From positions 807,763 through 871,762 of the forward strand of contig NW_003314329.1 in assembly GCF_000143415.4 (NCBI RefSeq): 64,000 nucleotides of DNA, given 5' to 3'. Origin of the DNA: Selaginella moellendorffii. Its lineage: Eukaryota; Plantae; Lycopodiophyta. The notes beneath the pieces were generated by a model. It had not been told where the DNA came from. It was given only the letters and a program-made list of their open reading frames with translations, and searched no databases. Each line of letters begins with the position of its first letter. Within the stretch, counting starts at the first letter, position 1. Positions 39,164-50,987 of this stretch are shown here, one piece after another. The translations under genes were made by a program, and so were the position numbers.

Positions 39164-40479
39164 GTCCTGTCTCCTCGGGTCGTGGTAAATCCTACTGATA
39201 TTTTTTATGATTCCTGTTGTCGGCTGGATCAAGAAGATCATGAGCAGTGTCTCCTGAGCAGAAAATGTGGCTGGTGGATCGTCTCCTCATTTTCACGCTC
39301 AGCCTCTTCGCTACACCAGCTATTACGTGTAGATCGAAGATAAAATAAGCTCTCATCTCAACTCGACAGGGTTCTTGAGCCTCAACTGTGGAGCGTTACC
39401 CGACGACACCCTTGAAGCTACAAACGATCTCAAATTGTTTTGGATTCCAGCAAGGCTCAACCTCGGAGTAGTTTCGGATTCAGATATCAGGTGTTTCTCA
39501 GAATATTTGTGTTTCCTTTTCTCGAAACGGTAGACTGAAAACCTGTTTTTCCAATTTTTTTTTGGTTTTTTGCATAAGCTGTCTCAGTCGCAGCACATCC
39601 TTACGATATAATAAAGTTTCTCTAATGATCAGAATTTTTCCCTACTTATACGTACTTAGATGTCCTTGATGTTGGACGGAGTCTTGTGAGGCTCGTTTCA
39701 AAAGGTCTATTTTAATGCAAATGGACTTTCAGAAACATTTCAAAGTCTACTCTCCTTGTAGTTAATTTTTCTATTACCACAGTTTGACGCTTGGTATCCT
39801 GGCCAAGTATATTTATGAAAGAAAACAAATTTAAAATAAAGTGCCTTTAATAACCTTATGCCAAGAAACCATTTGGTGGCCACTGCCATTCCTTCCTTTC
39901 ATCCAAGGCTAAATGGTTTGTGAACAAAAGAAACTAATAAGAAGTATTAGAGATACATTGTCAATGTTAAATTTAAAAGAAGGATGTTTTAATCACTTGG
40001 GATATAAGTGTATGATTATGATGCCATATACTAATATTAATGTAAAGTTCTATTTTGTTAAAGTGGGAATTGTCATTATCCCACTTGTAAAATAAGGTTT
40101 CCAAACCTTTATATAGTATATAAATATAACAAAATTCAATTGCATTAAGGCACATGCCATTTTATTTTAAACAAGGAAATGTCTACTCAATCACTTCTCC
40201 TCCCTCTGCCACTGCTTCACCTCTCTCTTCTCCTTGTCATCGTCGTCCAATTTCTTTCCATCCTTTTAATATTGGCTCAGTTGCTCCGAGTCTAGGTGGA
40301 GCCCAAGTCCCTATTCAATCTTTACTTTCCCCTTATTAATAAAATAACTTCGTAGACTTCCAATAACATGCTGTAACACTTCTAATATGATGCAAATCCT
40401 CTCAAAGAATTGTCTTTTAATATTAATACAATGGCATGGAACCCTATGCCATAATAAGTTACATTTTTAAATAAATACA

Positions 40480-43400
40480 TGCCATCTCAGACTGTTCTTT
40501 TTTGCCTCCAACGCCTATACAATAATCTTGGAATTTCATCACTCTCCACACTATCAGGATTTAAACCCAATAGTAATGCCATCTCTTCTCTAATACGTCC
40601 ACGCTCATGTTCAGTGGTCGAAGAACCCATCCGGTTGAGCAGATTATGGAGATGCGGATAGTGCTTGGCTAGACAATATACATGCCATAAATGATGACTG
40701 GTGTCTGTCCGATCAAATGGCTTCTAATATATCGTTCCATTTGCCATTTGGTTGATTTCTACAGCCACCTCCTGGACTGGCCAGTTCTCTATCACCATTG
40801 CTCCAAGCCGTTTTGCAAGGTCCCCCAGAACATATGGTTTCTTCTCCCTAGTTTCCATACTGCAAGAGATGGGGTGCATTGCATATGTGTGCGTGTTCGC
40901 TGCAGTTTTAATTGGCGAGTCATCGATGATAAGGATTTCACTTGACCTCGCAGTCCGGTTCATCACTACAGCCTCTGGCTTGACGAAGATGGGCTTGTTA
41001 CCCCTCACATGGACCATAGTCAAGCAATCCTCCTGCGTTAGGAGAAAGTCAAATGGTAATATTACTTGCGTCTGATCGTGCATCATCTGTAGCAACGTTA
41101 ATGCATTGTGGCGCATCATGGACGTCCAAACTCCCAATTGCAAATTGAACTCGGCCCTCTATTTTAAGTGTCGCATGGTCATTATTAGATCCTGCAGTTT
41201 CTCCCATATGATTAATGTGAATCTGTCTCTTTTGACCTACTTGCGACCGTAGGCTTTGGAGGGTGCAATGACATTCGAGGACGAGCCACGCTCATGGGAG
41301 AAAAGGACACTGTTCAGATCAAAAATGATACAGTACCTTCGTCGTGACTCTGAAATGAAATGCGTCAGCATAAAAAATGGTACAAGTCAATTTTACCATC
41401 TACAATATTAGCGAATGGTGCTCCCGATGGTCGTTGAGAGGGTTTTGGTCGAGGAAACGTGAAGGGCGGAAATACTCTCCTTTGCAATGTGGGGTCAATC
41501 GCATCCGATGGCGTGTGGGCACATGCCATTTCAGCTGTAGACTCTGGTACAACTAGCTCAATAGTGGCATGGGGTGGTTCCGATGGCGTGTGATCACACA
41601 CCATTTCAGCTAGTGCCTCCGTTGGCAAAGTGGACATGACCGAACAGGCAGCAGGGGCAGTGTAGGGAGGTTCCAACGGCGCGTAGTCAGACGATTGGGC
41701 ACACGTTGAGTCCGTTGGAAATGAGGATACGACCGGCTCGGTGGCTGGGGCGGCCTCATGTGGGTCCAATGGCGCCTGGTGACCGTCAGTTGGATACGTG
41801 GACAAGATTGACTCAGTGGTATGGGCAGCATCAAGTGGAGCATGGTCAGCTTGCTTGGCGTTGATATGGATAGTAGCCTCCACCAGCTCCGATATCACTT
41901 GGGCGCACTGCTGATTCTGAAGGATTGGACATACATTTCGACCCTTGCTTGGCACTATCCTTCTTCGACACTAAAGGCTAGAGTTTGTATCTTAATTCAA
42001 CTGAATAATCTCTACTTACCATTTGCTCTGCGACCTACTTGGACAATGTTAGAAATGGTAAAAGGTTAGGAATGGATGTACTATTATTTACCTGATGGTT
42101 TGTCTTGTATGACCTTCCTCTGCTGCTCTTTGGCCACCTCAGGCTGGCCATCATTGTCATCATCGTCGTCGTCGTTATTGTGATCGTCACCATTGTGAGG
42201 ACCATCCAAGTCCTTTTCGTCCTCCTCTTCTTTGTCTTCCTCTTCGTCCTTCTGCTCTTCCTGCTCATTATCTTTCTCTGGCTCCTCATCCCCCTCCTGC
42301 ATTTCTTCCATAGGCTGCTCAGGCTGGATGGCTTGTTCTTCTAGGACCATCTTGGGAAAATCATCTGGCCGAGTCTCCATCTCAAAATACAAGACATCCA
42401 TAGCCTGTTTTAGTGCGTGACCTAGGACCGTATCCTCACCCGACTGTCTTAACATGGTTTCTGCATGTTCTTGCACCCTTCGAAGACGACGAGATGAGAA
42501 AAACATGGCCCTAATTTGAAAAGCATCCCTCATCCATTATACCTCTCCATTGAGATTGGGGAAGGGGAGTCCGCCATAGGAATCTGAGTCAGGAGGTGGT
42601 GACTGGGTGCTTTCACTCAGCCCTTGATTTGCAATGAATGGCATGAGCACACACGCCATAACCGCGAGGCATTACCTATCATCTTTTCGTTGCCCTTCTT
42701 CCTTTTCGAATCAAATGCCTCTGATCCCGACGACTGTCCAACGTGCTCACGTGACCTTACCTTGTGCAGGTTGTGAGCTCGGCCCAACATGGGTATCTTC
42801 AACAGTAGTTGTTAACGCCGTTTCAGCATCTGGGGGTGGCCACACTCCTGCATACAGAGCTTGTGTTTAAACTTAAAGTGCGTACTCACCAGGTTCGCAG
42901 AGAAGATATTGTTTTTCTTTGGCAACTGTAATTATATGCTCCATTGAAGTCACCTCTTCAATGGAGTTTGTCACCGCAACACACGGGACACCCTTGAGTA
43001 GTGCGGCTCAAAAGAATAGTCCGCCACAGTTGTACTCGACAACGCATTTGCCCTTGGAGTCGGAAGCAGGTGACCCACCCGCTATTGCGTTGAAGACCCA
43101 GCTGAGCATTTCCCATGCTGCACTTGGAGCTTTCTCTGGATTTGAAAGCTCCATAGCCGTCTTCAGTTCCTCAGGCACGGGTAAATTGACCTCCCTCAAA
43201 TCAATTCGATCGGCCTTGTCGAACGAAGCTAGGAAGTCACTCCAGTCCCACTCTGCTGCAAGACCAATAACAAGGGCGAGTGTGAAGATGCGGACATTTG
43301 TCGGTATCTTCTTCTTAGCCATTATCCTATGGATCTTCCGCATCTCCTTGCCTTTCAACCGAGCCTTCACCTCGTTCAAGGCCTTCCAGAACTTGTGATA

Positions 43401-45409
43401 GGATTCGGAGTCGTAGATCATATAGTGGACTGAAGATTCCACCTCTGCAAGTCCCACCATGAAGTCAATGATGGAGCTGACTTCGTCTGCATGAGTGATC
43501 TCCTCGTTTGTGAAGTCCATCACACAAAAGATGTTCTTGACCTGCTCATCTCCGCGGGAAATGATGCTCCTCCACCTTTGATCCTCATCCGAATTCACGT
43601 ATACCCGGTAAGGTTCTCGATAGGCCTCTGCTGCGGGGTCGAGCTGTTTCTGAAGCCGGCGGTCGACATCCCTCTTAATGAAATTTGGATACTAATCCAA
43701 CTTCTCAGCTTTACTTTTCGTGGCATCCCACAGCAGATCGATGAACTTGGGGGCCCCCTTCACGTACTCGTCGATGTCTTCATTTGAAAACTCCAGCTCT
43801 TCCATCATCTCTTGCGTGGTGTCAATGCTCACCCTCTCCACGGCCACTTGCTCGAAGATCCAATCCTTCAATAGCGCACGAGCTCTCAGAGTCGTGCACA
43901 AGTCCTCGTATGTCACAATATGGCCGGGAGTCATTTTGGTCTTGTTGAAGACTACCTCACCACGTAGAAGAGCATTAGCCACTGTCAGAAGGTCATCCTC
44001 GTCTAGAGACCGCGAGAAACGCAAGGCGTTGAGCTTCAAATCATTGGGCTTCCGGCCGTCCTCCACACCCATTGAGTTTAGCAACTCCCCGTCATGGTAC
44101 CTCCTCAGCACATCTACCCATTTGTCAAAAACAACTTTTGTCGCGAGTAGAATGTGATGGATGCTGAGTGTGTTATTGACCCCCAGTGTTTTCGAGAGAA
44201 GACTCGAGAATTCCTGCAATGGAAATGGCGTGAGGCCACATGCTATGCCACATGCAACGAGGCTTACCTACCAGGCACTAGTTGCTAGTGCACGTCCTTG
44301 TCCTGGTTTTGTGGCTTCTTTAGTTGAGCCCAGAGCTTCTGTGTTTGTGCCAATGTCTCGTGCAGACCCGATTTGTAGCACGTTTCTTGCTTGACATTCT
44401 GCACGTGGGAGATGTATATGATAGATCGGAGGGGCGAGTTGCCTTTTATCAGGCGGACAACTCTTGTCTTGAAGACTTTCTTCACCTCCTCGCCCACCAT
44501 AATATCCACAACTATCTCTTGCATCGCCAAACTAGAATGCTGCCCGGAGACGGCATAGAACCGGATGTTCTGATTGTCCAACACCTTCCTATTGATCAAG
44601 TCTGGAAACCTCATCTCGCCCTTCATTGTTCAGTAGTAGGGGATCACGTCTGCGATGTCGGGTGTTACTGGACTTGCCAGCATCTTCTGCTTCAGTTTCT
44701 CCACCCACTCATCAGATACTAGCCGGTGGTTGTATTTGCTTTGGATGTCGATGTGGCTCACGTCGATTGTATATACTTTGTTGGAATAGTAACAAGTACT
44801 ATTATCTACGACGATTTTTGCTGCCTCTTCTTGCTCTTTCTGCTCTTTGCGGCTCTTCTTTTTGGTGGGTGTAGTGTTCAAACCCGAGGCAATGGCATCA
44901 CCGAGTAGCTTCTTTTTTGGAGCAGGAGAGTCGGACGTCGGCTTGAGCTTGACCACCCTTTTCTGCTTCAGGGTAGTTTCCAGATCGACCCCCTTCCCCT
45001 TCGCTTCGCGAACTAGAGTCACTCTCAACGGCTCAATATTGGAATATAGTTTTTGAACATTGCCATAGGTGAGGTCTGTGGATTCCATGTGATCTTCATA
45101 GACCCGCAGCGTCTTTGAAATTATGGGCCTCCTGGACAACCTCTCCCTAGCTCCCTCTAGGAATTCCTCATAGCCGCTGCCCCCCTCCGGGAAGCCGCTA
45201 GGATGTGCAAGGTGGATCTTGAAGGCGGACGCTGTCTCTACCACAAGTGCTAGTCCATATTCTTGCATGGAACTGCATAGAGTGTCTGTCATTTGGATGA
45301 GGATCCCCATACATTCTTTTCTCCCACCATCTGTGTTGTACAGCCTCAGATCCTCGCCTTCCATCCCGAAAGTCCAACTGGTGAGCTCCTCCCCTTTCTC
45401 TGCATCCAC
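40480..45409 (-). pseudogene. Element-borne accessory gene: ParB-like domain, MTase-like region, acidic/low-complexity region and FCP1/HAD-like phosphatase domain; disabled by stops
   Basis: FYAVSGQH (44537-44560); EKAP...VVEYNCGG..AALLKG..CVAV (42970-43135); IFDLNSVL (41303-41326), VWTSMM and ILIIDDSPIK. Plausible short GT-AG introns link the segments. Confidence 0.6.
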
Positions 45410-47918
45410 ATTGACAGTGGCTGGAAGAAGAACGCAATTCCTCTCCTATTCAGAAATGCACAACTATTAGAGCTGACAGATGAAAAGCTAGCAACTGGAA
45501 ATAACGTGAGGCCACACGCTATTCACCACTGCATCAGATGTCTTGAGGCTGCATCCTAAGATGGCGTGAGGCTACACGCCATCTGTAACCGGACTGCACT
45601 CGAGAGCCCAATCGGTGCATGCCAATGTTGCTACTGAATGGCATGTGGCCTCATGCCATTTTCTACTTGGCCTAAAAGACTTACCATTTGAAGCCGAGTG
45701 GAGGCGTGACAATCGAGGCTGGACTCGCTGGCGAATGTGCATTGTGTGTGCAGTGGATCGTAGCAGCAAGGCTACTTTGCCACTTACAGTTGGAGAGTGG
45801 CGCTGAAATCTCCTGGGACGCCAAGTGGGCTGCGTGTGGGTGGTGGAGTGGGCGGTGGAGTTGGCGGCGAAGTTACAAACTGGGTGTGTCTTGAAGTGGA
45901 CGCCGATGCACACGAGCGCGAGTGTGATGCAAGCGCGAGTGGACGCCGATGCACACGAGAAACCTGTAGAGAAGGTAGATGAGTGCGAATGTGAGCGTGA
46001 TCGCGAGTGGGAGCGCGATGTGAGCGTGAGTGTGCGAGCGCGAGTACAAAGCAAAATGCAAAACCTAACCTCACACGCGCGAAATGTCACGACGGTTGGT
46101 AATCCCGCAACGTCATCATTCCTCGGACTTGAGCGCCACCATTAATTTCTGGATCGCCGCGCGCATGCATGCACGTGAAATCCAAAAGAAATCCACAACA
46201 TCATCATTCCTCGGACTGCATGCACGCGAAATCCAAAAGAAAGATCATGATTGGGATATCATTTAATACCCTCGCTATATTTATACCATGCATGATTGGA
46301 TATTCCAAAGCATCTTATATTTCCAAATATGCCAGATGTTCAGCTAAATAAAGAATGGTATACAATGTCCTTCTTGATGACCCTGCAAAGAAGCATCTCA
46401 ATCGGACACCACATGAGACCACACGAGCCTTATAATGTTTCAGGGGCATTTGCCATAGATCCGACCGTTATTTTGCTCCAAGATTTTACAGTTTGGTGTG
46501 CATTGACCTTTCCATAGACACTGCAAAGGGACATCACAATCAGATGCGGGATTACAAGAAACTAACTTCACTAACTCTGGTTTCACCAAGATCTACATAA
46601 GGAATTATGAAATGAAAGGACCCTCTCTATTGAAATGTGTTTATGGTCCTAGGGGCATTGTGACATATTAAAGGATTTTGCAATAAGTTCTGTATTTGCA
46701 TGTTTATCAAGCTACTGAATTGCTAAACTCTAAACCCTAAACATGTGGCAAATACTGCGTGAAGAAAGATGCCCTTTCTGGGCAAATGCTGTAAGATTTA
46801 GATGCCGAGCAGATGTATCTCAGGCTAGCGAAGGGGACAAACGAAAGCTAGCTATAAACATGACGGGATGCAAATATATTACTAGGCTGGTCCTGCGAAA
46901 ATCAAAAACCATAATTGAAAACATTGAAAATGCAAAAAGAAAGGTTTAGAATATTTTTGAATTTTAAGCAACCAAAGGAATGTAAGTAGGGCATGTGTTT
47001 GTAAGTTTAAAAATGCCTCAACCACTTAAATTCCCAAGTAAATAAAGCTGTTTCTATTTTTGGTACAGGTAAACTTTATAGTGTGTGGGCTCATGCAATT
47101 TTGAACCCAAAAATGCACCAAAAAATGCTCGACTAGCATTATTCTTTGAATGGCGTGTGGCCTTATATTGCCATAAATGGATGTACACACACAGCATAAT
47201 TATTCCTTTACACAGCGAATAATCTTGGTGCGAATCGCTGACATGGCATGGCAAAGATCGAATCACTGACATGGCACAGTTGGATCGAGGCAAGGACATG
47301 ATGTGACAAAGTTCAACGTCCGACAGCAAAGTCTAGAAGCTACTCAGTTTGAAATTTGTTAGAGGAATCATAAGATCTAGTTTGTCAGAGGATTTGATGT
47401 GACGTTCAAGCATGTGTTATTTTTGAATTCTCGAACTCATTTCTAGGTCTATCATTTTTGTGCACCGTGTTCTAGGTTCCGCTGAGCGCAGTGAGCGCTG
47501 CTTGTGTAAGCGGCATTGTGAGCTGTGGTTTATGCGTCTACGAGCGGTTGCGGCATTGCGAGCGCCATTGCAAGCGGCAGTTTATGCGAGTGGCAGTTTG
47601 TGCAAGCGGCACTACGAGCAGTTGCGGTGGTGCGAGCGGCGCTACGGTACCACTAATGGTATGAGGGCTCATGCCATCTTGGGGCTTGCAAGTTCATCAC
47701 TAGCATATTGCCAATAGTTTCTTTACCTGCCTGTAGCTCTGTGTTTATCAAGATGGCATGAGGGCTCATGCCAATTTTGTGAATGCGAAATTTCACATGG
47801 GTGTCAATAGCATGTTTGAATAATGGCATGTGGCCTCATGCTTGTTTGGTATGTTATGATTTAGGCCATTCTCCAACCATTTTTTGTATGGTCTTAACTT
47901 CTTTTCTGCACTTTCAGA

Positions 47919-50900
47919 ATGGCCTTCAGGGTTGGGGAAAAGGTTTACATTTTGAATGGTGGGAATAGAGTTGCAAAAGAGACCCTTGTGTCTATGGATC
48001 GGAACTTTGTTATACACTGTCAAAGGCTTGGGGAAGGCAATGCTGCTGTATCAGTAGAGACTGTCTTCGATGGGAATGTTGTTGCTATTGAACGAGGAGA
48101 GATGGTCGTCGGGGTAAATGTTGTTGTTGCCTTGAAAAATCTTCAGAAGAAAGCAGATGTTGGGGACAGCGCAAGTGCGACGCATGTTCCCTCCGTGGAT
48201 CTTAAGAACCATGCTATATGGATTCAGGCAAAGGTGTTTCTAAACAACCCCGAGGGGGAGGTGGTAGCTGAGGGCTTAGCCACAGTTGTCGATCCAAGAG
48301 ATGCGGTTGCTAATCAAGAATAGGGCTGGGATGATATTGGAGTTGCGATTTTAGAAGTTGTTGACACAGAAGAAAACAGTCTGACTATTGGAAGTATTGT
48401 GCGGTGGAAATTGAGGCACTTAGTGTTTGAGAATGTGAAGGATTCACAATCAAACACCACTACAACTGATGACAGAACATCTCTTTATGGGAAAAGAAAG
48501 TACACCTTCCTAAAGCGCAGCCAAAGGGATCTGAGCAACAAACCGAAAAGGCAGAAAATGGCGATGGAGGTTCAAATGGTCTCGACAGTTGCTTGTTGCA
48601 AGAGGAGGTGTTGTCAACATGCTGATTGGGATGCTATTGAAGAGGAGAGAGCAAGATACAAGACATTGTCCTGGAAGGCAGCTCGCAATTTTGTGTATGA
48701 GGCATTACGGTCATCTATTGATGCTTCAGAACATCAGGTGGGGGGCATGGTCTTCCAGAGGGGTTTGGTCTGCATGAAGGCATGGAGAATCATTTATGGA
48801 GTCCCTCGAACCACATTCTACAGAATCAAAACTAAGTTCGAGGAACAAAGGGTTCAACAGGCAGTCCATGGGAACGACGGTATGCACAAAACCAAGGGTC
48901 ATGTTGTATATGGAGAGGCAATCTTCAAGAGGTTTGTCGAGACATGTAGCGAGTAGCAACCACATAAAACCCGCCTCTTGGAAGATGGAACATGAGACAC
49001 CCAACGAGTTCTCCCTTCCATGTATACCAAGGGGGGTATATTGGAAGATGTGAATCGGGAACTCCAGAGTAATGGCTATAGGAAGCTGAGCCAATCTAGA
49101 TTTAGTAGATTGTGGAGCAACAGGTTCAGGGATGTGAGTATAGGAAAGTACTCAAGCTTTTCAAAGTGTGACGAGTGCACTGCTATCAAAATGGCTTTGT
49201 CGAAGAATTCTTGCATCGCTCAAGAGCGAGAGACATTGGTTAGAAGGCGGCTCGACCACAACATCGAGTAGAGAAGCTGCAGGACTGCATATTATCATAA
49301 TAGGATTCTCTCCATGGAGAGACCTGACTCTTACCTCTGCATCATCCACGATAAAATGGACCAGAAAAAGACGTGCTTACCTCGACTCAATCTTGCCCCC
49401 AAGGCAATCTCTTCATCCATGCAGCTGCCTGTGTCTCTGTTTGGCATAATCGCTCATGGGCATGGTGCCCAGAACTATGGGAACTTCTTTGTACCTCTAT
49501 GGGGTGGCAGGGGTGCAAACATGATGATTGCGTCCCTAGCAAAACACTTAAGGTCTCTGCAAAGTGCGCAGACTGAGCTGAACGGCCAACCCTTGCATAA
49601 GGCCCTTGTCGATCGAACCCCATACAGGGTTCAGCTGGAGGAGGAGCAAAGGCTTGCAGTATCGCGTGGGGCCCCATGCCATCCCAGTGAATATGTTGGC
49701 TGTCAAATTGTAGGGTTATCACATGAGGCCTCATGCCATTCCGATGAGGCTGGTCGCCTGGTGAATGCACAGCCTCATCCAAACAAAGCAGAATCTCAAG
49801 GAAGTTCTTGCGGCCGATGTGGCCTTCCATCCCATCTTCTGCTCCAAACAAACAATGCTGGCAGTGAGAACAAAAACATGTACGTCTTCGCGTACTTGGC
49901 GATGCTTGTTGCCAAAGGCATATTTGAAACGGTTACACTTGGCTTTTTCATGGTTGGGCACACTCATGAAGACGTCGATGCCATGTTTAGTCACCTGGCA
50001 GAGTCCCTCCGGCGATCCAATGTCCTCACCCTCTCACAACTCTACGATGAATTCCAAAATTGCATCAAAAGCACTGTTGAAGCTGCACTTGTGACAGAGG
50101 TTCCAGACTTTAAGGGGTTTGTAAGAGGCTACATTAGGGACGGATCCGAAACGCTGATTGGCCACTCCAAGCCTCTTCAGTTTCATTTCAGCATGCGTGA
50201 CGGTGCTCCAGTGATGAGGTACAAGATGAGAGAATGGGACACAGTGTGGCTGCCAGTGGACGGCATTGAACTCTTCAAGAGAGATCCTATAACTGGGGAA
50301 CCTATGATTCCTCAGGGTTCCCCACGGCCGATGCACCCGGATGGACTCAAAGACCAGGAAAGTATAGTGGCCGGGATTAGACAGCATATTGCCTTCTGGA
50401 AGAGGGGGTTGGTGTTTGGTGGAGAATCCTATTTTCAGAGGTGCAAGCCTTTGCTCGAATACTGGGAGAAGATTATATCTGCTATCCAAAATGGGCCGGT
50501 TGTATATGAAGAATTGGAAGAGTCCTTTTGGCCAGAACCCAGAGCACCAGATAGTAGCGGAACAATGTCCTCTGAAAATGCAGTGACAGATAACGATGTT
50601 GAGGATCACTATTGTGGGCCGAGGAACAAGAAGCCGGATTCAGCATTCAATCCAGTACAGGTCTGCAAAGGAATGGTTGTGCTTGTCAGACCCAGTAATA
50701 AAAAACAAATGATATGGGTGGGGCGCTGCATCACTGATGCAGAGGAGGACGCAAAAACTAACTCCTTCAATGTAACTGTGGAGTGGTTCAAGCCAAGTTC
50801 CGGATATACGAAGGATTGCCTAGAAAAGAGATGGGTGCTGAATCCAAGGGATCCCAGCATGAGCATATCGGTGGACAATGTTGTGCATGGTTGGATGCGG

Positions 50901-50987
50901 AAGCAAAGTGCCACCATCACCTTGCCAGACCATGCAAGAGATGCAGCAAGAGCATTCATAACCCAGGTTCAAGGTGAGATTCATTAA
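47919..50987 (+). pseudogene. Sola1-like DDD transposase with two N-terminal Tnp1/EnSpm-like domains, broken by four in-frame stops
   Basis: Four ORF-track pieces share one frame. Stops at 48321, 48954, 48993 and 49269. Motifs CCKRRC, FSKCDEC, IIHDKMDQ, QTNNAGSENKN (expected DN is NN) and VGHTHEDVDAMFS. Confidence 0.8.

Noticed and set aside
38150-39600. Possible PPR or other gene fragments around the hAT insertion
   Set aside because: Only a short DEMMERSVLSW resemblance; no coherent gene model.
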